NCBI GenBank assembly: GCA_963719515.1
Contig: CAVRCJ010000010.1
Location: forward strand, 416,001-480,000
From: an uncultured cyanobacterium
GTDB taxonomy: Bacteria; Cyanobacteriota; Cyanobacteriia; CAKZMO01
Length of the DNA: 64,000 bases
Reading direction: 5' to 3'
A model generated the notes under the pieces. It had not been told where the DNA came from. It worked only from the letters and a program-made list of their open reading frames with translations, and searched no databases. Of this stretch, positions 49,471-61,687 are shown piece by piece. Each line of letters begins with the position of its first letter. Position 1 is the stretch's first letter. A program made the position numbers and the translations under genes.

Positions 49471-50655
49471 CTAGTTTGATTCTATATCCGGGTCGTCCTC
49501 AGTCGCCGCATCTAAAAGTTCGTCAATGTCCCCGCACAGGCTCTGCAAATCCTGATGGTGCGATCGCCGAGACGGGCGGCGATAGCGCTTGGTTGCCAGC
49601 TTAGGTTCGTAGTAGGTCTGCCCCGCTTCACCACTGAGACGCTTGACGCTCTCTTCTACAGCCGTAGTCTGCTCTAAAGCGGTCTGTCGGGCGATCGCCT
49701 CTTCCAAAAAAGTGAGGTAGTGCGCGTAGCGCTCCCAGCCGTCTGCCCCTTCTCCCCGCACAATGCAGCCGGGTTCGCTCTGGTGCAGGCAGTTGCTGAA
49801 CTGGCAGTCTCCCTGGCTGAGCCGCTGGCGAACTTCAGGGAAGTAAGATCCCAGTTCGCTGGGCGTACAGGAAAGGGTGGGTTGATTAAATCCCGGCGAG
49901 TCGGCCAGCAGGCCCAGCTTCGTGGCGGAACCAACCGGGGTCGGCAGCTCAAACAGCTCTACGTGGCGGGTGGTGTGGCGTCCCCGCGCCAGCTTTCCCG
50001 AGACGGCGTTCACCCGCTGATCTACCGCCGGGATTAGGTGGTTGATCAAGCTCGATTTTCCCACCCCCGATGGCCCAGAGATGACGCTGAGGTGTCCCGC
50101 CAGCATCTGACGCACTGCGCCCAGGCCGAGGCCGCTCTGTACGCTGATGATCCGGGGACTGTAGCCCCACTGACTGAGGCGATCGCACCACTGCTGCTGG
50201 GCCTCAGGCGAGATCCGATCGCACTTGTTTAGGCATAGCGCGACTTCAAGCCCCGTAGACTCTGCAGCTATCAAGAAGCGGCTCAGCTGCCAGGGGTCTA
50301 GATCCGGCTCTACTAGGGCGAACACCAGCAGCAGCAGGTCGGCGTTGGCAACGGGCGGTCGCTCTAGAGCCGTTCGGCGGGGCATCACCTGGGCGATGGC
50401 TCCTCGACCGCTGCCCCAGTCGATATCTTCTACCCCAACGCGATCGCCTACCCACACCTGCTGACCGATTTTCTTGAGGCGCGATCGCCGCGTACAGAGC
50501 ACCATCGCGCAGGGTTGGAGCGGGGGCTCTGACAACAGGGGAGGCGACTCTAACCGCACCCAGTAGTAGTTAGCCTGAACGGCGGTCACCATCCCTTGCG
50601 CCGTCCCTATCCGCACATCAGACGCCTCCGAGCCTTGGGAGTGGGGCTTCCTCAT
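49471..50655 (-). CDS. rsgA: Ribosome biogenesis GTPase RsgA
   Basis: NKCD, GPSGVGKSS, GRHTT, DSPG, CQFSNCLH..EPGC. Confidence 0.96.
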   Translation of the reverse strand: MRKPHSQGSEASDVRIGTAQGMVTAVQANYYWVRLESPPLLSEPPLQPCAMVLCTRRSRLKKIGQQVWVGDRVGVEDIDWGSGRGAIAQVMPRRTALERPPVANADLLLLVFALVEPDLDPWQLSRFLIAAESTGLEVALCLNKCDRISPEAQQQWCDRLSQWGYSPRIISVQSGLGLGAVRQMLAGHLSVISGPSGVGKSSLINHLIPAVDQRVNAVSGKLARGRHTTRHVELFELPTPVGSATKLGLLADSPGFNQPTLSCTPSELGSYFPEVRQRLSQGDCQFSNCLHQSEPGCIVRGEGADGWERYAHYLTFLEEAIARQTALEQTTAVEESVKRLSGEAGQTYYEPKLATKRYRRPSRRSHHQDLQSLCGDIDELLDAATEDDPDIESN

Positions 50656-50900
50656 TCAGGGCAGCGTATCCGAAGGGCAAAAAACTCGGTGCGATCGTCA
50701 ATGCTCTCGACGCTGTAGCCTTCCATCGTCAAGCTAGAAGGCACTTGCTCTATCGGCTCGCCCCCGTCTAGCCAGACTTCTAAAACGCTGCCGGGAAGCA
50801 TTTTTTCTAGGCAGAGCTTGGTGCGAATAAAGTTAATGGGACAGGGGGTGCCGCGCAGGTCGAGCTGCTTGTCGGGCGTTGGCGCTGTGGTCGACGTCAT
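50652..50900 (-). CDS. TusA/SirA-family sulfur carrier
   Basis: LDLRGTPCP. Confidence 0.9.
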   Translation of the reverse strand: MTSTTAPTPDKQLDLRGTPCPINFIRTKLCLEKMLPGSVLEVWLDGGEPIEQVPSSLTMEGYSVESIDDRTEFFALRIRCPE

Positions 50901-52027
50901 CCTCGAAACAGGCCTCCCAAAAAGCCCTCCAGCCCGGCCCCTTTGCCAGCACGATTGCCGCTGATTTCGGCTAGCTTAGTCAGCAGCTCGCGCTCTTCTG
51001 TCGTCAGCTTGGTGGGAATGTCGATATGAACCGTCACCTGGTGATCCCCTCGGCTCACGGGGTTGCCTAAGCGCGGCACTCCTTTGTTCTCTAGGATGAC
51101 GACGGTGTCGGGCTGAGTGCCTGCGGCGATGGTAACTTCCTCAGGCTCGCCGTCTACCGTCTCAACGTTGAGGCGACAGCCTAAAATCGCCTGGAGGTAG
51201 CTAATGGTGATCTCAGAAAAAATAGTGATGCCGTCGCGGGTAAACGTTTCGTCTTCTTTGACGAACAGGTAGACGTACAGATCCCCCGGCGGCCCGTTTC
51301 GCTTGCCGGTGTCCCCTTCTCCCGATACTCGCAGGCGAGTGCCGCTATCTACCCCAGCGGGTACGGTAATCTTGAGCTTTTTGGTCTCTTGCTTTTGACC
51401 GCTACCCCCGCAGGTGCCGCACTTGTCTTCGATGACTTGACCATTGCCCCCGCAGGTGGGACAGGCTGAGACCTGAGTAAAGCTACCAAAGGGAGTGCGC
51501 GTTGCTCGGCGCACCTGCCCTTGCCCGTTACAAGTAGCGCAGGTGCGAGGCTGAGTCCCGGGCTTAGCGCCGTTACCGCTGCAGGTGGCGCAGGTCTCTA
51601 GATGGGTAACGCGAATCTCCTTATCGCCGCCAAAGACAGCCTCTCGAAAGTCAAGCTTCAGATCGTACCGCAGATCTTCGCCCCTAACGGGACCGCTACG
51701 TCTGCGCCCCTGCTGTCCAGGGGTTCCCGAAAACCCACCAAAAAAGCTTTCGAAGATATCAGCAGCGAACCCACTGAAGTCTCCAAAATCCTGCGCGCCG
51801 GCACCAGCGCTGACGCCCGCTTCTCCGAACTGGTCATAGCGAGCCCGCATCTCTGGCTCAGACAAGACTTCGTAAGCGCGGTTAATTTCCTTGAAGCGCT
51901 CCTCGGCTCCGCTCTCTTTGTTGACATCCGGATGATATTGGCGGGCAAGACGGCGATATGCCCGTTTGATCTCATCTTTATCGGCGCTGCGAGAGATGTC
52001 GAGAGTATCGTAGTAATCGCGAGCCAT
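50897..52027 (-). CDS. dnaJ: Chaperone DnaJ
   Basis: HPD motif, G/F region, four CxxCxGxG repeats. Confidence 0.98.
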   Translation of the reverse strand: MARDYYDTLDISRSADKDEIKRAYRRLARQYHPDVNKESGAEERFKEINRAYEVLSEPEMRARYDQFGEAGVSAGAGAQDFGDFSGFAADIFESFFGGFSGTPGQQGRRRSGPVRGEDLRYDLKLDFREAVFGGDKEIRVTHLETCATCSGNGAKPGTQPRTCATCNGQGQVRRATRTPFGSFTQVSACPTCGGNGQVIEDKCGTCGGSGQKQETKKLKITVPAGVDSGTRLRVSGEGDTGKRNGPPGDLYVYLFVKEDETFTRDGITIFSEITISYLQAILGCRLNVETVDGEPEEVTIAAGTQPDTVVILENKGVPRLGNPVSRGDHQVTVHIDIPTKLTTEERELLTKLAEISGNRAGKGAGLEGFLGGLFRG

Positions 52028-52122
52028 AGAACGCTGTACCGAAGAAGTTGAAAGTAAGTTCGCAAATTAATGCAAGAGCCAATGCTATCACCAGCTCCTA
52101 CCTTAATGTATATCTTATCGCG

Positions 52123-54111
52123 CTAGTCAATCGGTTCGTAGTCTGCCACGATGGTTTCGTCCTCATCGTCGAAGCTGTAGTTCTCGTCGCCATCACCCAC
52201 AGGCGCTGACTGGCCATTTATCGCATCGGCGACGACGGTATCCTCCGAACCGTCAACAGCGCCGTCCCTGTCGACAGCGTCGTCCAGATCGCTGACGCGA
52301 TTCGCCTCTCGATAAACCGACGTTCCGATTCCCAGAAGTAGCTGCTGCAGCCCCTCCACTTTGCGCTTAAGGTCGTCTAGCTCAAGCGAGCGATCGGCGA
52401 TCGCGGCTCTGACCTCAGCCACCTGCTCACTGGACTGCGTCTTCAGCGCTTCAGAAATAAACTGGGCGTTGTCGCGCATCGTTTCTTCGTAGCTTCTAAA
52501 TAGCGTCTCGGCGTAGTTCTTGACCTCCGTTCGCTTGATACGCTGCTCGTCTTCCTCGCGGTAGACCTCGGCCTCCTGGCGCATACGCTCAATCTCAGAC
52601 TGCGTCAGCCCGCCGGTATTCGTAATGCGAATGCTCTGCTCACGCCCGGTGCCCTTGTCGCGAGCGCCGACCTGGAGAATGCCGTTGGCGTCAATCTCAA
52701 ACGACACTTCGATTTGTGGAATCCCTCGGGGCGCAGGGGGAATGCCCGTCAGCTGAAATTTGCCTAGGCTTTTGTTGTCCTTGACCATAGCCCGCTCCCC
52801 CTGAAGCACGTGGATCTCCACGGAGGTTTGGCCGTCTGTCGCCGTTGAGAAAGCCTTGGTCTTACTGGTGGGAATGGTGGTGTTACGCTCAATAATCTTG
52901 GTAAAGACTTCGCCCAGGGTTTCGATCCCCAGGGACAGCGGAGTCACGTCTAGAAGCAGCAGGTCTTTGACTTCTCCCCCCAGCACGCCGCCCTGAATCG
53001 CGGCCCCAAGAGCGACCGCCTCATCCGGGTTGACGGATTTGTCTGGAGCTTTGCCGTCGAAGTGATCGCTGATGGCCCGCTGCACCGCCGGAATGCGGGT
53101 TGATCCTCCCACAAGCAAGATCCGATCGACCTCACTGGCCTTCATGTCAGCGTCTTTGAGCGCTTGCACAACGGGCTCAATGGTGGCGCTGACCAAATCG
53201 CCCACCAGCTCCTCAAATTTGGCCCGCGTCAGGTCCATCTCCAGGTGCTTCGGTCCCGTTTCATCCGCCGAAATAAACGGCAGGTTGACCGAAGTGGCCA
53301 GCATGCTCGACAGCTCAACTTTAGCTTTCTCAGCTGCTTCCCGCAGCCGCTGTAAGGCCATGCTGTCAGTCGAGAGATCGATACCTTGCTCTTCGCTGAA
53401 CGCATCGATCATCCAGCGAACCAGGGCGTTGTCAAAATCATCGCCCCCCAGGTGGTTGTTTCCCGCCGTGGCTTTCACCTCAAACACGCCGTCTCCCAGC
53501 TGCAGCAGAGAGACGTCGAAGGTGCCGCCGCCCAGGTCAAACACCAAAACGATTTGGTCTTGGTCCTGTTTGTCCAGGCCGTAGGACAGCGCCGCTGCCG
53601 TGGGCTCGTTGATGATGCGCATCACCTCTAGGCCAGAGATGGTGCCTGCGTCTTTGGTGGCCTGCCGCTGCGCGTCTGTAAAGTACGCGGGCACAGTGAT
53701 GACGGCCTGAGTGACTTCCTCTCCGAGGTAAGCCTCCGCGTCGTCCTTGAGCTTTTGCAGAATCATGGCCGAGACTTCCTGGGCCGTGTAGGTCCGGTCT
53801 CGGATCTGAACGTTGACGGTGTTGTCGCGTCCTTTGGTGCAGCTATAGGGGACACGACCGCGCTCTTCTTGAGTGTCGTCCCACCGCCGGCCAATAAACC
53901 GCTTGATGCTGAAGATAGTATTCTCGGCATTGGTAACCGCCTGCCGCTTGGCAAGCTGGCCTACAAGGCGATCGCCCGCTTTACCAAATCCGACGATGCT
54001 GGGGGTAGTGCGCCCTCCCTCTGAGTTAGGAATAACAATAGGCTGCCCTCCTTCTAAAACAGAAACGCAGCTATTTGTGGTCCCTAAGTCAATACCAATA
54101 ACTTTTCCCAT
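52123..54111 (-). CDS. dnaK: Chaperone DnaK
   Basis: [26 protein letters not shown]. Confidence 0.99.
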   Translation of the reverse strand: MGKVIGIDLGTTNSCVSVLEGGQPIVIPNSEGGRTTPSIVGFGKAGDRLVGQLAKRQAVTNAENTIFSIKRFIGRRWDDTQEERGRVPYSCTKGRDNTVNVQIRDRTYTAQEVSAMILQKLKDDAEAYLGEEVTQAVITVPAYFTDAQRQATKDAGTISGLEVMRIINEPTAAALSYGLDKQDQDQIVLVFDLGGGTFDVSLLQLGDGVFEVKATAGNNHLGGDDFDNALVRWMIDAFSEEQGIDLSTDSMALQRLREAAEKAKVELSSMLATSVNLPFISADETGPKHLEMDLTRAKFEELVGDLVSATIEPVVQALKDADMKASEVDRILLVGGSTRIPAVQRAISDHFDGKAPDKSVNPDEAVALGAAIQGGVLGGEVKDLLLLDVTPLSLGIETLGEVFTKIIERNTTIPTSKTKAFSTATDGQTSVEIHVLQGERAMVKDNKSLGKFQLTGIPPAPRGIPQIEVSFEIDANGILQVGARDKGTGREQSIRITNTGGLTQSEIERMRQEAEVYREEDEQRIKRTEVKNYAETLFRSYEETMRDNAQFISEALKTQSSEQVAEVRAAIADRSLELDDLKRKVEGLQQLLLGIGTSVYREANRVSDLDDAVDRDGAVDGSEDTVVADAINGQSAPVGDGDENYSFDDEDETIVADYEPID

Positions 54112-54458
54112 AATCAGCAGCCATGAATGCGGTTTATTAGGAGCCTTTAACTTTAGCCTTTATTCAGCGACTAGCTTGTCTGATCAGGGCTAATAGCGCT
54201 ATAAAACCCTGAATCAAATAAAAGTCAAATTCACGCAATGCGCCAATAGTGCTGTTTGAACCACCATAGCCGACATCAGTAGGAAATCGCTAGCGCCTCA
54301 AGGATCGAACCCAGTAGAGTCATTCAGCCCAATTACCCAGTGGAAATTTCACCCGCGGGCTTTGGAGCCGTATTGTGTCTTGATCACCCGCTTTTAGAAG
54401 TGCCCGTGAAAGCGGACGCTTGCAACAATTTGCCGGATTTCGCCCTGTCAGCCCGCTT

Positions 54459-54540
54459 CTACAGACCAGTTTGCTCCTACAGCCTGGTTTGCCTCTACAG
54501 CCTAGTTCGCCTCTACAGACTGTGCCCTCTGTAGAGGCGA
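54459..54540. repeat. Degenerate 18-nt tandem repeats between grpE and dnaK
   Basis: CTACAG-led units at 54459, 54477, 54495 and 54513, followed by an inverted CTGTAGAGGCGA. Confidence 0.65.
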
Positions 54541-54552
54541 CGTATCGCGGTT

Positions 54553-55284
54553 CTAGGCATCTGCGCCAGCATCTACGCCGTCAGAGGTGGCAACTTTTAC
54601 CATGGCGTGGCGTAGAACCCGGTCAGCCAGCGTGTAGCCCCGCACCAGCTGCTCAATCACGACTCCGTCGTCATATTCATTCGTCGGTTCGCGCATCACG
54701 GCTTCGTGTAGGCCTGGGTCAAACGGCTCCCCTTCCGCTCGCATTGGAGAGACCCCTAGCTTCTTAAGGGAGTCTACAAGCTGCTTATACACCCCCTGAT
54801 AGCTTTTGTGGATCGTCATCTCGCTGTCTGTCTGGGGCTTAATTTGCGATCGCGCCCGCTCGAAGTTATCGATTACGGGCAGCATCTCAGAAATGGTTGA
54901 GCATTTGATTTGAACTTCTAGCTCTTGACGCTCTTTCTGCGTCCGCTTACGGAAGTTCTCGAAGTCTGCGGCAATCCGCATATACTGCGCTATCCGCTCG
55001 TCAAGCTGAGCTCGAAGACGCTCGATCTCCTGTTGAAGTGAGTCTGCAGACTGCGCAGGCGAGGTGCCTTCGTCACTCCCGGAAGGACTACCTGAAAATT
55101 GCTCAGGCGATTCATCCAGCATTTCGTTTGGCAGCTCGCTATCCAATTCGTCGTCGAGATTTAGCTCAACCTCATCTAAGGTCGGCCCATCTTCAGGAAG
55201 GGCAGCGTCGCTAGGGCTAGGGCTACTCTCACTGCCCGGCTGAGGTTGATAGTCTTCAAGAGGCTTTTCGTCTTCAATCATCAT
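54553..55284 (-). CDS. grpE: Nucleotide exchange factor GrpE
   Basis: [33 protein letters not shown]. Confidence 0.97.
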   Translation of the reverse strand: MMIEDEKPLEDYQPQPGSESSPSPSDAALPEDGPTLDEVELNLDDELDSELPNEMLDESPEQFSGSPSGSDEGTSPAQSADSLQQEIERLRAQLDERIAQYMRIAADFENFRKRTQKERQELEVQIKCSTISEMLPVIDNFERARSQIKPQTDSEMTIHKSYQGVYKQLVDSLKKLGVSPMRAEGEPFDPGLHEAVMREPTNEYDDGVVIEQLVRGYTLADRVLRHAMVKVATSDGVDAGADA

Positions 55285-55932
55285 GACCCGTAAACATCAA
55301 AATTCAACTCTATATAGACATTTTTACTCTACAGTCAGGTTTTCTAGCTAGGGGAAAACCGTACGACAGCGCAAATCGCTCTATCTTATGAAGCCCAGGA
55401 TAGCACTCCTGAATAAGCTTTAAGAAATGTGAATTATATCCGGATCGCCTGACTGCAGTTCTCTCATTGGTGCTCGAGGCAGGTTTTAACTGGCAGGTCG
55501 CTGTCAACAAGGCAAATCAATAAGGCAGACTAGACGGCCAGGCTTTACTGCAAAATATACAGCCAGCCAGTGTAGTGCTAGCTATAGTTATTGGGTAAGA
55601 TCACAGACATACGACAGGCCCTTCCAGGCGACGAGCACTCACTGACCCCTCATAATAAAGGTCAATGAGTGAAAATAGCGGCGTCGGAGGGCAGCGCGGT
55701 GGAGCGTAACCCCATCGGGCGCTTGTGCTTGACATCGGCGGTGGTGTTCGGTGTGATGGTGTAGTGTGACGGCCTTCCCCGTGACGGTCTTTGGCTACGG
55801 CAATCTTTGCAGAGCCGCAGCGTCGCTCGATGCTGTTGCTCTCTATTAGGTAGGCAATCAAAGCACGTTACCTTACCTCAAGGTGGCTGAGAGGAAGGGA
55901 TAGAGTACAGTTCAAGGATTAATGCAGTAGCT

Positions 55933-57939
55933 ATGGCTAATTCTTCGTCACAAAGGCGCGCGCTCGTCGTCAGACAAGACTTTTCGCCGTTTGGCAATAA
56001 GCTTGTTCAAGCTGGCTATATCGACTCTGAGCAGATGCAGCAGGCGCTCGTCGAAAGCCGAAAATCGGGGCGTCCTCTGACAGACGTGCTAGAAACGCTG
56101 ACGGGAAAAAACCTGCCGCCAGATCTACTCAGGCAGTATAAGAAGCAGCAGCTGTTCGAGCTCAAAATCCTCTTCGGCGTCGAGTCCCTCGATCCAGAAC
56201 TCAGCGAAATCCCGACGACTCAGGTGAGCCACCTGATTGATGGTCTTATCCCGGTGGACACTTGCCGCCGCTACCAGCTTATTCCGCTGTCTCGTAACGA
56301 AACTGAGCCGCCATCGGTGTTGGTGGCCATGGTTGACCCGGACGACTTGTCTGCCCAAGACGACCTCAACCGAATTTTACGCCCTCAAAAACTGGCGCTG
56401 CAGCGCATGGTCATCACCCCAGATGACTACCAGCGGCTGATGTCGCAGTACCTAGACGAAAAGGTTGAGCGCGAAAAGAAGATCGAGCAGGAGTCGCGGG
56501 TTGACGTCCGCTCAGACATCGAAGGGTTGGACTACCTTGACTTAGAGGAAGCCCCCGATGACATGGAGGCCAATCTCGACAGCGCCCTTCAGGATGCCGA
56601 GGCGGCCCCCATTATCTCCCTCGTCAACAAGATGTTGATCAAAGCGCTACAGGGCGACGTCTCTGACATTCACGTCGAGCCCCAGGAAGAGTCGCTGCGG
56701 GTCCGCTACAGGAAAGACGGCGTGCTGCGGGAAGCCTTTGACCCGCTACCTAAAAAGATTGTCCCCTCCGTGACGGCCCGCCTGAAGATCATGGCTAGCC
56801 TGGACATCGCAGAGCGGCGAATTCCTCAAGATGGCCGCATACGCCGACGCTTCGACAATCGCGTTATCGATTTCCGCGTCAGCACCATCCCCAGCCGCTA
56901 TGGTGAGAAAGTTTGTCTACGGATTCTAGACAACTCGGCGACCGAATTTGGTCTAGACGCTTTAATTACCGACCCGGCCAGCCTGCAGATGGTCAAAGAA
57001 ATGGTCAGTCGCCCCTTTGGCCTAATTCTGGTGACGGGGCCGACGGGGTCCGGAAAGACGACGACGCTGTACTCTGCCCTGTCGGAGCGCAATACCCCAG
57101 ATGTCAACATCAATACGGTCGAAGACCCCATTGAGTATTCGCTACCCGGCATTACCCAGGTCCAGGTGATTCGCGAGAAGGGCATCGACTTTGCGTCAGT
57201 GCTGCGCTCCTTTCTACGTCAGGATCCGGACGTGATTCTGGTGGGTGAGACTCGCGATAAGGAGACGGCAAAAACTGCTATCGAGGCGGCCTTGACGGGA
57301 CATTTGGTGATGACGACCCTGCACACCAACGATGCCGCTAGCGCGATCGCCCGCCTAGACGAAATGGGGGTAGAGCCGTTTATGCTGTCGGGCTCGCTGA
57401 TCGGTATCTTGGCCCAGCGCCTCGTGCGGCGCGTCTGCAACAGCTGCCGCCAGCCCTATACCCCATCGAGTGAAGAGCTGTCCCGGTTCGGCCTCTCCGA
57501 CACCGTGGATCTCGAGCGCACCTTCTACCGGGCCACTGTCCTCAGCGTTGAGCAAATCAAAGCTGCTCAGGGAGAGAGCACATTGTGCTCCCACTGCGGA
57601 GGGTCGGGCTATAAAGGGCGCTGCGGCGTTTACGAGGTGATGCGGATGACTGAGACTATCGAAGCCCTGATTACGGGAGGAGCGCCCACCGAGCGCATCA
57701 AAGAGGTCGCTAGCGAAGAAGGCATGAAAACCTTGCTGTCCTATAGCCTTGAGCTTGTCCGTCAAGGGCTAACGACGTTTGAGGAGGTCGAGCGGGTAAC
57801 GCTCACCGACTCGGGACTAGAGGCTGAACTCAAGGCGCGGCGCAAGGCGTCACTGGTTTGCCAGGTGTGTGATGCCGCCCTGCTGCCCGAGTGGTCCAAC
57901 TGTCCGTACTGCACAACGCCGCGATTTCACGGTGGATAG
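55933..57939 (+). CDS. pilB: Type IV pilus assembly ATPase PilB
   Basis: SDIHVEP, GPTGSGKTT, LRQDPD, TLHTN; C-terminal CxxC...CPYC extension. Confidence 0.96.
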   Translation: MANSSSQRRALVVRQDFSPFGNKLVQAGYIDSEQMQQALVESRKSGRPLTDVLETLTGKNLPPDLLRQYKKQQLFELKILFGVESLDPELSEIPTTQVSHLIDGLIPVDTCRRYQLIPLSRNETEPPSVLVAMVDPDDLSAQDDLNRILRPQKLALQRMVITPDDYQRLMSQYLDEKVEREKKIEQESRVDVRSDIEGLDYLDLEEAPDDMEANLDSALQDAEAAPIISLVNKMLIKALQGDVSDIHVEPQEESLRVRYRKDGVLREAFDPLPKKIVPSVTARLKIMASLDIAERRIPQDGRIRRRFDNRVIDFRVSTIPSRYGEKVCLRILDNSATEFGLDALITDPASLQMVKEMVSRPFGLILVTGPTGSGKTTTLYSALSERNTPDVNINTVEDPIEYSLPGITQVQVIREKGIDFASVLRSFLRQDPDVILVGETRDKETAKTAIEAALTGHLVMTTLHTNDAASAIARLDEMGVEPFMLSGSLIGILAQRLVRRVCNSCRQPYTPSSEELSRFGLSDTVDLERTFYRATVLSVEQIKAAQGESTLCSHCGGSGYKGRCGVYEVMRMTETIEALITGGAPTERIKEVASEEGMKTLLSYSLELVRQGLTTFEEVERVTLTDSGLEAELKARRKASLVCQVCDAALLPEWSNCPYCTTPRFHGG

Positions 57940-58076
57940 CGCCGCTGCCCAAGCCGATATCTAGTCCCCCAGTGCCCAGTCTCTGCAGCGCTTTAACCCG
58001 ATACAGCACGTACATACCCCCCACGTTGGCCCAATCCGCTGGCCTTCTCACCCCACCCTTTAGGAGCGATCGCAAC

Positions 58077-59201
58077 ATGATGGACTTGATGATTGAAGAC
58101 TTGATGGAGCAGCTGGTGGAGATGGGAGGCTCTGACCTCCACCTCTCAGCCGGAGTTCCTCCGTATTTCCGCATCGGAGGAAAGCTAACCCCCATCGGAG
58201 ACGAGCCGATGACGGCAGATCAATGTCAAAGACTGATCTTCAGCATGCTCAACAACACTCAGCGCAAAACCCTAGAGCAAACCTGGGAGTTGGACTGCTC
58301 CTACGGCGTCAAAGGGCTGGCTCGCTTCAGGGTCAACGTCTACAAAGATCGCGGCACTTACGCGGCCTGCTTAAGGGCTTTGAGCTCGAATATTCCGACC
58401 TTCGAGAAGCTGGGCCTACCTGATGTGGTGCGAGAGATGGCGGAAAAGCCCCGGGGTCTGATTTTGGTGACGGGGCCAACGGGGTCTGGCAAGACCACAA
58501 CCCTAGCGGCCATGATTGACCTCATTAACCGCACTAGGGCTGAGCACATCTTGACCGTCGAAGACCCGATCGAGTTTGTCTACGGTCCGGTCAAGAGCCT
58601 GATCCACCAGCGACAGCTCGGCGAAGATACCAAAAGCTTCGCCAATGCCCTGCGCTCGGCCCTGCGGGAAGACCCAGACATTATCCTAGTGGGCGAATTG
58701 CGGGACCTAGAAACTATTTCTCTAGCCATCACGGCGGCAGAAACGGGTCACCTGGTGTTTGGCACCCTGCACACCAGCTCTGCGGCTCAAACCGTTGACC
58801 GTATGATCGACGTCTTTCCTGCAGACAAGCAAACCCAGGTGCGCGTTCAGCTCTCCAACTCTCTGGTTGCGGTATTCAGCCAAACCCTGATTCCTCGCAT
58901 GAAGCCCAAACCCGGCGAATTCGCGCGCGTGATGGCGCAGGAAATTATGGTGGTGACGCCAGCGATCGCCAACCTGATTCGAGAGGGTAAAACGTCTCAG
59001 ATCTATTCAGCTATTCAAACGGGCGGAAAACTGGGAATGCGGACCTTGGAGCGAGTGCTAGCGGACCTCTACAAGTCGGGAGCCATCTCGTTTGACGCAG
59101 CCATGTCTAAAACCTCCAAGCCGGATGAAATGCAGCGTCTGATTAGCGGGGGAACAAAGCCAGCCAACCCAGGTCCTTACGCCGCTGCTGCCCGCCGATA
59201 G
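58077..59201 (+). CDS. pilT: Type IV pilus retraction ATPase PilT
   Basis: SDLHL, GPTGSGKTT, ALREDPD, AIANLIRE; AGGAG RBS before the ATG at 58077. Confidence 0.97.
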   Translation: MMDLMIEDLMEQLVEMGGSDLHLSAGVPPYFRIGGKLTPIGDEPMTADQCQRLIFSMLNNTQRKTLEQTWELDCSYGVKGLARFRVNVYKDRGTYAACLRALSSNIPTFEKLGLPDVVREMAEKPRGLILVTGPTGSGKTTTLAAMIDLINRTRAEHILTVEDPIEFVYGPVKSLIHQRQLGEDTKSFANALRSALREDPDIILVGELRDLETISLAITAAETGHLVFGTLHTSSAAQTVDRMIDVFPADKQTQVRVQLSNSLVAVFSQTLIPRMKPKPGEFARVMAQEIMVVTPAIANLIREGKTSQIYSAIQTGGKLGMRTLERVLADLYKSGAISFDAAMSKTSKPDEMQRLISGGTKPANPGPYAAAARR

Positions 59202-59281
59202 TCGCGCTAGACCCGTTTGCATTCCAAATCTTGCATCCCGAATCCTGCAGTAACCTTGCATCCCGTTGAGAGGACGTCGCC

Positions 59282-60497
59282 ATGCCCACCTACACCGTTC
59301 AAGCTAGAGACACGCGAGGCAATTTTCGGCGGTTGAAGGTGCCAGCCGCCTCTGCCGCCGAAGCCAGAGGAATTTTGCGCGATCGCGGTCTTTTTGTTCA
59401 AGACCTAAAAGAGGCCAAAGGCTTCAACTTCAACAACCTCAGCTTTGACGGCCTTACCAGAGCGATGACGCGGGTGAGCGTTAAGGACAAAGCCGTCTTC
59501 TCGCGCCAGTTTGCCGTGCTGATCAACGCCGGGATTGCCATCGTTAGGGGATTGGGCATTTTGGCGGAGCAAACCCCCAATCCCAAATTAAAAAAGGCGC
59601 TGCAAGAGGTGAATAGCGATGTGCAGCAGGGGACGACTCTCGCCGATTCCATGAGCCGGCATCCCAACTGCTTCGATAACCTGTACGTCAGCATGGTGCA
59701 GGCAGGCGAAACGGGCGGCGTGCTGGACGAGGTGATGAACCGCCTTTCCAAACTGCTAGAGGACATGGCGCGGCTCAACAACCAGATCAAGTCAGCCATG
59801 ACCTACCCCATCGCCGTCGGCGTGATTGCGATCTCTGTCTTTTTGGGCATGACGGTATTTTTGCTTCCGACCTTTGCCAACATTTTCGAAGAACTAGACG
59901 CCGAGCTGCCCGTCTTCACCCAGTTCATGCTGGGTATCAGCGACTTCTTGCGCAACCCGGTTTATATTGTGGTTCTGCTGGTGGTCATCCTGGCGCTGGC
60001 CTTTGCCTTTCGGCAGTACTACTCCACCCGCGTCGGCCGAGAGACCGTCGATCGGATGTTGCTCAAGCTGCCGCTCTTTGGCGACCTGATTCAAAAAACC
60101 GCCGTGGCCCGCTTTTGTCGAACCTTTGGAGCTCTGTCCCGCTCTGGGGTTCCCATTCTCTCCTCTCTAGAAATTGTCCGCGACACGACGGGCAATCAGG
60201 TGATTTCCAACGCTATCGATGTGGCCCGCCAAAAGATTCAAACCGGGGGCGTCATCAGCTTGGCGCTGCAGCAGGAGAAGGTGTTTCCGCCCATGGCGAT
60301 TCAGATGATCAACATCGGTGAGGAGACCGGAGAGCTGGACACCATGCTGATGAAGGTGGCCGACTTCTATGAGGATGAGGTGGAGCAGGCGGTGAAAGCT
60401 CTGACCTCCATCATGGAGCCCATCATGATTGTGGTGCTGGGGGGCATGGTTGGCTCTATTTTGATCGCCATGTACCTGCCTATTTTTCGCGTCATGG

Positions 60498-60511
<14 letters not shown>
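59282..60511 (+). CDS. pilC: Type IV pilus platform protein PilC
   Basis: FSRQFA, AGETGG, GEETGELD, MYLPIF. Confidence 0.96.
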
Positions 60512-61607
<1,096 letters not shown>

Positions 61608-61687
61608 TGCAGAAAATTCTTACGGGTTTGGGGCTTTATTGATGAATATCAAACTGGTAAGTACTGTGTCTTGATGGGTGAAGGGCG

